A stretch of DNA of 20,000 bases from an uncultured virus (IMG/VR IMGVR_UViG_3300025648_000023). Its lineage: Duplodnaviria > Heunggongvirae > Uroviricota > Caudoviricetes. Every line of letters begins with the position of its first letter. Position 1 is the first letter of the stretch. The stretch is taken from IMG/VR virus record IMGVR_UViG_3300025648_000023. The stretch is one strand, 5' to 3'. The position numbers and the translations under genes were made by a program. This document shows, piece by piece, positions 15,349-20,000 of this stretch. The notes beneath the pieces were generated by a model, which worked only from the letters and a program-made list of their open reading frames with translations, did not search any database and had not been told where the DNA came from.

Positions 15349-15519
15349 TTACTGATTGTTCGGGTCAATAATTTTAGATATTTTGTAAACGGGCTTAGGA
15401 TTCGCTGCATTAAATTTTCGCTTATCCTTATCTAAATCTATCTTTAACATAAGAAAGTTCCCGTACCCTTCTTTGTTGTAATTTTTCTTTTTGAAAATAG
15501 ACAATATCTTTTTTATCAT
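15349..15519 (-). CDS. Small hypothetical protein (56 aa)
   Basis: MIKKILSIFKKKNYNKEG...DPNNQ* fills a gap. Confidence 0.55.
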   Translation of the reverse strand: MIKKILSIFKKKNYNKEGYGNFLMLKIDLDKDKRKFNAANPKPVYKISKIIDPNNQ

Positions 15520-15526
15520 AATCGTT

Positions 15527-15901
15527 TTACTCTAGTGTGCTATATTTGTAGCCTTGTTGTTCGCTGCTGATTATATCCCTTATTAGCTTTAGTTTCTCTA
15601 GGGGGAGTTTATCTAATTGGGGTTTAATGATGCTTCTTAAATGAAATGCCTCCCTTTTCATTTTAACATCTGCTTGTATTTTTATTGCATCATCATCGCT
15701 GATTAAAACAACCTTCCTAAGATTCCAAATGTCAGATGTTTTTAGGTAGCCATCTTTTAAAGAATAAAGGCAATTTTCCCCCTTAACGGCAAAGCCTGTT
15801 TTAGTTACTCTTTCAATAGTCGTAACAATGCCCCCACTTAATACTTTTCTGCCAATCAAGGCACTAGGATTATCTATATAATCCGTAAAATTTAAACTCA
15901 T
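15527..15901 (-). CDS. Hypothetical protein
   Basis: 124 aa; IERVTKTG..V pattern. Confidence 0.7.
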   Translation of the reverse strand: MSLNFTDYIDNPSALIGRKVLSGGIVTTIERVTKTGFAVKGENCLYSLKDGYLKTSDIWNLRKVVLISDDDAIKIQADVKMKREAFHLRSIIKPQLDKLPLEKLKLIRDIISSEQQGYKYSTLE

Positions 15902-15933
15902 AATTGTATTTATTTTAATTGTTAAAAAAAAAA

Positions 15934-17031
15934 TTACCCGTGTATCATTAACGGCATAACTAATACTTTATCGCTGCCATCAGTAAAAATAGCGGGCTTA
16001 GTTGGGATACCATTGTGTAACATAGATACTTCGCTGCTTTTGAATACCCCCAACGTTTCAACCAAAAACTTACCATTAAAGGCTATATCAGTATCTTGAA
16101 AGTCTTTTGATACATAGGGGAAAGATGCAGTAGTGCCAAACTCGAAATCCCTATCTTCTGCCATCATTTCTATTTTACCGTTCAAATGAAAGTTTACTTG
16201 CATTGTGGACTTATTAGAGTAAGGCATTACTTTTTTGACATTGCTTATCATAGCCTTTCTATCAAATACCATAGATGTATCGTAAGTGGGGATTACTGCT
16301 TTGTAGTCGGGGTATTTTGTCCCATTGTATAGAGAACATTCAATCCCATCAATTAGGGCTGTATTTTCGCCCGTAATCAATATTTCTATTGAAGCCCCCT
16401 TTTCAGCCTTTACGCTGCTTAATTTAGCAACTGATTCTTTTGTAAGTAAAAAACTAAATGCTTCTCTGCTTTCAGTAATACAAGGGATAGAGGGGCTTAA
16501 ATACAATCGGTGTCCATCACAACCCCTTACCCTTATTTCTTCGCCCTCTACTTCAACAAGTACACATTCCCAACTCGGGCGCAAATCATCCTTTGCTGTA
16601 AACTTCGCTGCTTTCTTAATGGCATCATAAACCCCACTTTCAGCAACTACTATTTTTTCGTAAGGTGCTGGGGTAAAAGATGCTACTTTGTAAGAAATAC
16701 CCAACAAGTCTAAAATTGCATAATAAAAAGCATTCTCAATTGGGATAGCAAACGAATAAACCCCACCATAAGAAGTAACTACTTTTATCTTTTCAGCCTT
16801 AATGCTTTGACCTTCATTATTGACCTTTATTTCTTTGCATCCTTTCCAATCGTAACTATTTTCAGTATCTCTACCAAAAAATAGTTCTTCGCTTCCTACT
16901 ATTTCAGCACTAATAATTCCCCCTTTTACTTCTTTTAAGAGGGAGTAAACACTTGCTAACTTACTGCAATGTGCAGTATTGTACTTGCTTTTAGGCAATC
17001 CGATAGCCTTTAAAATTTCATTACTTTTCAT
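15934..17031 (-). CDS. dnaN: DNA polymerase III beta sliding clamp homolog with atypical N-terminal third
   Basis: Domain II/III motifs TAKDDLRP, GCDGHRL, KYPDYKAVIP, IAFNGKFLVETL, LVMPL; first ~125 aa unlike DnaN domain I. Confidence 0.85.
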   Translation of the reverse strand: MKSNEILKAIGLPKSKYNTAHCSKLASVYSLLKEVKGGIISAEIVGSEELFFGRDTENSYDWKGCKEIKVNNEGQSIKAEKIKVVTSYGGVYSFAIPIENAFYYAILDLLGISYKVASFTPAPYEKIVVAESGVYDAIKKAAKFTAKDDLRPSWECVLVEVEGEEIRVRGCDGHRLYLSPSIPCITESREAFSFLLTKESVAKLSSVKAEKGASIEILITGENTALIDGIECSLYNGTKYPDYKAVIPTYDTSMVFDRKAMISNVKKVMPYSNKSTMQVNFHLNGKIEMMAEDRDFEFGTTASFPYVSKDFQDTDIAFNGKFLVETLGVFKSSEVSMLHNGIPTKPAIFTDGSDKVLVMPLMIHG

Positions 17032-17051
17032 TTGTATTTTTTTTAGTGTGA

Positions 17052-17276
17052 TTAATTGTGAAAATATCCCTCTGTAAGAGTATCAAAATACCCCCTATCT
17101 AAAACCTTAATAAGGCTACCTACTTTACCACTTCTTACTCTTTTACTTAATAAAGTGGGAGAACAATAGTTTCTTCGCTGCTTGTTAGTAAGATAGAGGA
17201 AACGGGCGTTTATTACTGCTGCTGGTTCGCTCGCTAGTTCCTGATTTAGTCGTGCTTCTTTTTGTGATAGTGTCAT
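17052..17276 (-). CDS. Hypothetical protein
   Basis: 74 aa, packed. Confidence 0.7.
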   Translation of the reverse strand: MTLSQKEARLNQELASEPAAVINARFLYLTNKQRRNYCSPTLLSKRVRSGKVGSLIKVLDRGYFDTLTEGYFHN

Positions 17277-17278
17277 AA

Positions 17279-18070
17279 TTAAAATTTTATTAGTTTTTCA
17301 AAACGTTCTAAACCATAGGCATTAGTCTTTCTCAAAAGGGGCAACAATTCTTTTGCCTTAATACTTTCACTAGCAATATTATTTCGCTGCATCCAATCCC
17401 TAACGCCCATTTCGCAAGCCCCAGTAATCAATCTATAATACCTAATATTAATTACTGTATTCTCTTTTATTAGCTGATGCTTTAACTTTTCGGATATTTT
17501 CTTAAAGTTATAATCTTCTTTAGCTTTCTCTATGGTTTCGCCGTGTGCAAACATTTTACCATATCCATATAGGTAAGTTTCTTGTTTACTGCCTATTTTT
17601 TTGATATGATAAAGTTTCCCATACTTATTTGTCACCTCTGTAAATATACCATCTACTAAAATGTATTTGCCACCTTCCCATTGCAATAGTGTATTTGGTT
17701 TATTTACTTCTTTATCTGTAATTCCTGTACCCTCAAGGTCGAGAGAACCACCTACTGTAAGGTTATCGGGTAACGCTGTAATTCCTGTACCCTCAAGGTA
17801 GAGAGAACCACCTACTGTAAGGTTATCGGGTAACGCTGTAATTCCTGTACCTCTTAGGTCGAGATAGCCACCTACTGTAAGGTTATCGGGTAACGCTGTA
17901 ATTCCTGTACCCTCAAGGTCGAGATAGCCACCTACTGTAAGGTTATCGGGTAACGCTGTAATTCCTGTACCCTCAAGGTAGAGAGAACCACCTACTGTAA
18001 GGTTATCGGGTAACGCTGGGTAAAACTTTTTAAGTTCTGCGATTCTTTTTTTCTGTGATAATTTTTTCAT
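17279..18070 (-). CDS. Leucine-rich-repeat protein (five 20-aa repeats) with C-terminal domain
   Basis: (ALPDNLTVGG[S/Y]L[Y/D]L[E/R]GTGIT)x5; C-terminal HGET...ITGACEMG domain. Confidence 0.9.
   Translation of the reverse strand: MKKLSQKKRIAELKKFYPALPDNLTVGGSLYLEGTGITALPDNLTVGGYLDLEGTGITALPDNLTVGGYLDLRGTGITALPDNLTVGGSLYLEGTGITALPDNLTVGGSLDLEGTGITDKEVNKPNTLLQWEGGKYILVDGIFTEVTNKYGKLYHIKKIGSKQETYLYGYGKMFAHGETIEKAKEDYNFKKISEKLKHQLIKENTVINIRYYRLITGACEMGVRDWMQRNNIASESIKAKELLPLLRKTNAYGLERFEKLIKF
17716..18018. repeat. Tandem array of five 60-bp units within the LRR gene
   Basis: 44 contiguous nt identical in every unit; all differences fall in a 16-nt window. Confidence 0.97.
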
Positions 18071-18095
18071 TTCTTTTCTTTTTTATGTTTTATGA

Positions 18096-18359
18096 TTAAA
18101 TTTGAATAAATATCCCAAACGTATGTAAGGGGACAAACCTATGAGAAAGGTTTAACTTTAGCATAATCCGCAAACTTTCTGCGCTTAAACTTTCGAGGGT
18201 TTTATCTGCACCCAATAGTCTCGTAAATTCATTCTTTGCATACCCCTCTATATCTCTAAAATACGCTGTATTGTCTTGCATCATTTCCGCTGCTTGCTTA
18301 ATCCCTTTAATGAAGGTGTTAAGCCTTTTAATGTCTCTATTTAGTTCTCTTGTTGTCAT
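18096..18359 (-). CDS. Hypothetical protein
   Basis: 87 aa. Confidence 0.7.
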   Translation of the reverse strand: MTTRELNRDIKRLNTFIKGIKQAAEMMQDNTAYFRDIEGYAKNEFTRLLGADKTLESLSAESLRIMLKLNLSHRFVPLHTFGIFIQI

Positions 18360-18472
18360 AACTTCCTTTTATGATGTTCTAAAATCTGTTTTCTTTTTGC
18401 AAGACTATCATGCCTGCGCTGCTTTGCCATATTAAAGCCCGCTCCTTGCATTTTCTTGTTTAATCTTACCAT
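18356..18472 (-). CDS. 38-aa basic peptide
   Basis: MVRLNKKMQGAGFNMAKQRRHDSLAKRKQILEHHKRKL*; ATGA overlap. Confidence 0.55.
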   Translation of the reverse strand: MVRLNKKMQGAGFNMAKQRRHDSLAKRKQILEHHKRKL

Positions 18473-18528
18473 TCCCCTATCAATAACAAAAGATAGTCGA
18501 AATAAGCGGATAAATAAGGGGGTGGGGG

Positions 18529-18849
18529 TTATCTTGTTTCAAAGTAATCTTCTAATAATGATAATATCCTTCTTTTTTTCCAATTTTCAAACAGTCTGTT
18601 AGCTTCGCATGATTGATACCAATCCCATAGCATACTATCAGTAGTGTGTTTTTTAAAAGAGAAACTTTCGCCGTCTATAATACCGTCAATAAAATACTTA
18701 TATTGCCCGTAACCACTAGCCCGAACCATACCACATTCATGAATGACTATTTCGTTTACATTTGATGGCAAAACATTTTCAATTCTCTTTATAAAACGTT
18801 TGCTTTCTTCAATGTGAGCTGCATATACTCTTATTACTTTATTTTTCAT
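18529..18849 (-). CDS. Hypothetical protein
   Basis: 106 aa; SGYGQYK and TTDS motifs. Confidence 0.75.
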   Translation of the reverse strand: MKNKVIRVYAAHIEESKRFIKRIENVLPSNVNEIVIHECGMVRASGYGQYKYFIDGIIDGESFSFKKHTTDSMLWDWYQSCEANRLFENWKKRRILSLLEDYFETR

Positions 18850-18861
18850 AACTTTATTTTT

Positions 18862-18957
18862 TTACGGTGTATCCCCTATTGCCAATATAGCCAAAGCCAA
18901 TAAGAAGATTAATAAAATTGTTTTGATGCGCTTAATGTCTTTTTGTCGCTGGGTCAT
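18862..18957 (-). CDS. 31-aa single-TM peptide
   Basis: MTQRQKDIKRIKTILLIFLLALAILAIGDTP*; ATGA overlap. Confidence 0.6.
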   Translation of the reverse strand: MTQRQKDIKRIKTILLIFLLALAILAIGDTP

Positions 18958-19139
18958 GCTTTCACGTTTATTAGTTCTTTAATCTTAGCCGTTGCACTAT
19001 CTATACTCATTCCGCCAAAGTGGTGTGAAGTGCCATTGATACCCACCTGATAACCGTCTTTTTGTTTCCAACAATAAACAGAATTTAAACCGTTTTTATT
19101 ACTGAAACTTTGCGCTTTTTTTCTTTTATCTATTTTCAT
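18954..19139 (-). CDS. Hypothetical protein
   Basis: 61 aa. Confidence 0.65.
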   Translation of the reverse strand: MKIDKRKKAQSFSNKNGLNSVYCWKQKDGYQVGINGTSHHFGGMSIDSATAKIKELINVKA

Positions 19140-19150
19140 AATTTTACTTT

Positions 19151-19381
19151 TTAATAGTCAATATCGTTTTGAATTAAAGACTGCTCTATAAGTTCTATTT
19201 GCTTACCCAATAGGAATTTATCAATATCCCACCACTCTAGTAAGTCAGCATCAAATTTATCGCTGCCTTCGTCTTTTCTTTTAAGCATAGTATCGTAAGC
19301 ATCACTTACACTTTGCCTTTCTTCTTTTGCCTTATCCAATTTTCGGAGAAGTGCTGCCCTATGTTGTTTTGTCAATTCCAT
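19151..19381 (-). CDS. Hypothetical protein
   Basis: 76 aa, flanked by 17-bp direct repeats. Confidence 0.7.
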   Translation of the reverse strand: MELTKQHRAALLRKLDKAKEERQSVSDAYDTMLKRKDEGSDKFDADLLEWWDIDKFLLGKQIELIEQSLIQNDIDY

Positions 19382-19392
19382 AATTTTACTTT

Positions 19393-19728
19393 TTACGCTG
19401 CCTTTAAATAACTTTCAATATGTAACCCGTATAACTTCATAAGGGTAAGATATACCCGTTGCCTTTCGAATGTCCATTTGCTTCTCAGCAATTTTTTCGC
19501 TGCCAAAAGTTTGTCTTTTAAAATTTGACCTTCCATCAGGGAGCAAACAACCCCATTAATATAGTCTTTAGTGCCTTTTACTGCCTTAACTACTTCTTTA
19601 GCTGCCTTACTACTTCTTAGTGTAATTGCTGCCTTTAACGCTGCCTTTGTCTTGTAAACCTTTGCCGTTGTAAAGTCTAAATAGCCTACTATTTTTATGG
19701 CTATTACTTTAGTTGATGTTTGTGTCAT
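19393..19728 (-). CDS. Basic K/A-rich hypothetical protein
   Basis: 111 aa; KTKAALKAA...KAAKEVVKAVK. Confidence 0.7.
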   Translation of the reverse strand: MTQTSTKVIAIKIVGYLDFTTAKVYKTKAALKAAITLRSSKAAKEVVKAVKGTKDYINGVVCSLMEGQILKDKLLAAKKLLRSKWTFERQRVYLTLMKLYGLHIESYLKAA

Positions 19729-19729
19729 T

Positions 19730-19951
19730 TTACTTTAATTTAATTTGTTGATAAAATTTCCTTGCCTCTGTTAGTGTTTCGAAACTTTCCCATATAAACC
19801 TTTTGTTATTCTCATAAACCTTTACATGATAAGTTGTGTGTTCCTTCATAAGTTCCTTAGTTTTATGTGTCTTTCTATTCCACTTGCTTTGGATATATCC
19901 TAATGAAAAACCGTATTGGGTAGGATTGCCTTGTTTATTGTATATATTCAT
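19730..19951 (-). CDS. Hypothetical phage protein
   Basis: 73 aa; G..T.YG...GY and LTEARKFY patterns. Confidence 0.75.
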   Translation of the reverse strand: MNIYNKQGNPTQYGFSLGYIQSKWNRKTHKTKELMKEHTTYHVKVYENNKRFIWESFETLTEARKFYQQIKLK

Positions 19952-20000
19952 TTTAAGTAATTTTATAGGGGGATTGGTTACCCCCTTGTTATTTAATAAT

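Noticed and set aside
16325..16713. Plus-strand ORFs inside the clamp gene (likewise 941-1126, 1366-1563, 1773-1973, 4205-4408, 4818-5033, 6437-6622, 12484-12717, 13373-13576, 13601-13783, 13829-14023, 14374-14625)
   Set aside because: They overlap better-supported genes on the opposite strand or cross a terminator, with no recognisable motifs.
17716..18018. CRISPR array or DGR template/variable repeat
   Set aside because: The 16-nt variable parts are near-identical alleles, not unique spacers; the unit is an in-frame 20-codon LRR; changes are not adenine-specific and no cas or reverse transcriptase gene is in the window.
1..20000. Genome-wide stop-codon reassignment
   Set aside because: TAA and TGA end most genes at tightly coupled junctions, TAG ends 3989-4693 and 13665-13877, and long genes are intact under code 11.

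Overview
AT-rich, gene-dense segment of a tailed phage or prophage, most likely of a Bacteroidota host (TAnnTTTG -7 promoter elements, A-rich translation starts without Shine-Dalgarno motifs). It has four transcription blocks. (1) + strand 1-4693: lysis cassette (holin candidates, unimolecular-spanin-like lipoprotein, GH24 endolysin), an HTH-calcineurin-like phosphoesterase, a cyclic-phosphate-processing receiver-domain protein and an exported NucA/EndoG-family nuclease with its own promoter. (2) - strand 4676-9505: small hypothetical genes, two apparently interrupted by in-frame TAA codons. (3) + strand 9663-13877: DUF551-like, YopX-like, an HTH protein ending in a beta-clamp-binding motif, and a DnaA domain-IV/coiled-coil protein, ending at a bidirectional terminator. 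(4) - strand 13888-19951: early-type genes including a beta-clamp homolog with a non-canonical N-terminus and an LRR protein built from five near-identical 60-bp repeats. The most intriguing signals are a compact regulatory locus at 3809-3989 (four DnaA-box-like 9-mers, a candidate ~80-nt three-hairpin sRNA, back-to-back promoters), a possible clamp / clamp-binder / DnaA-IV replication-takeover module, and the combinatorially variable LRR array. All family calls are from motif recognition by eye; no searches were run.
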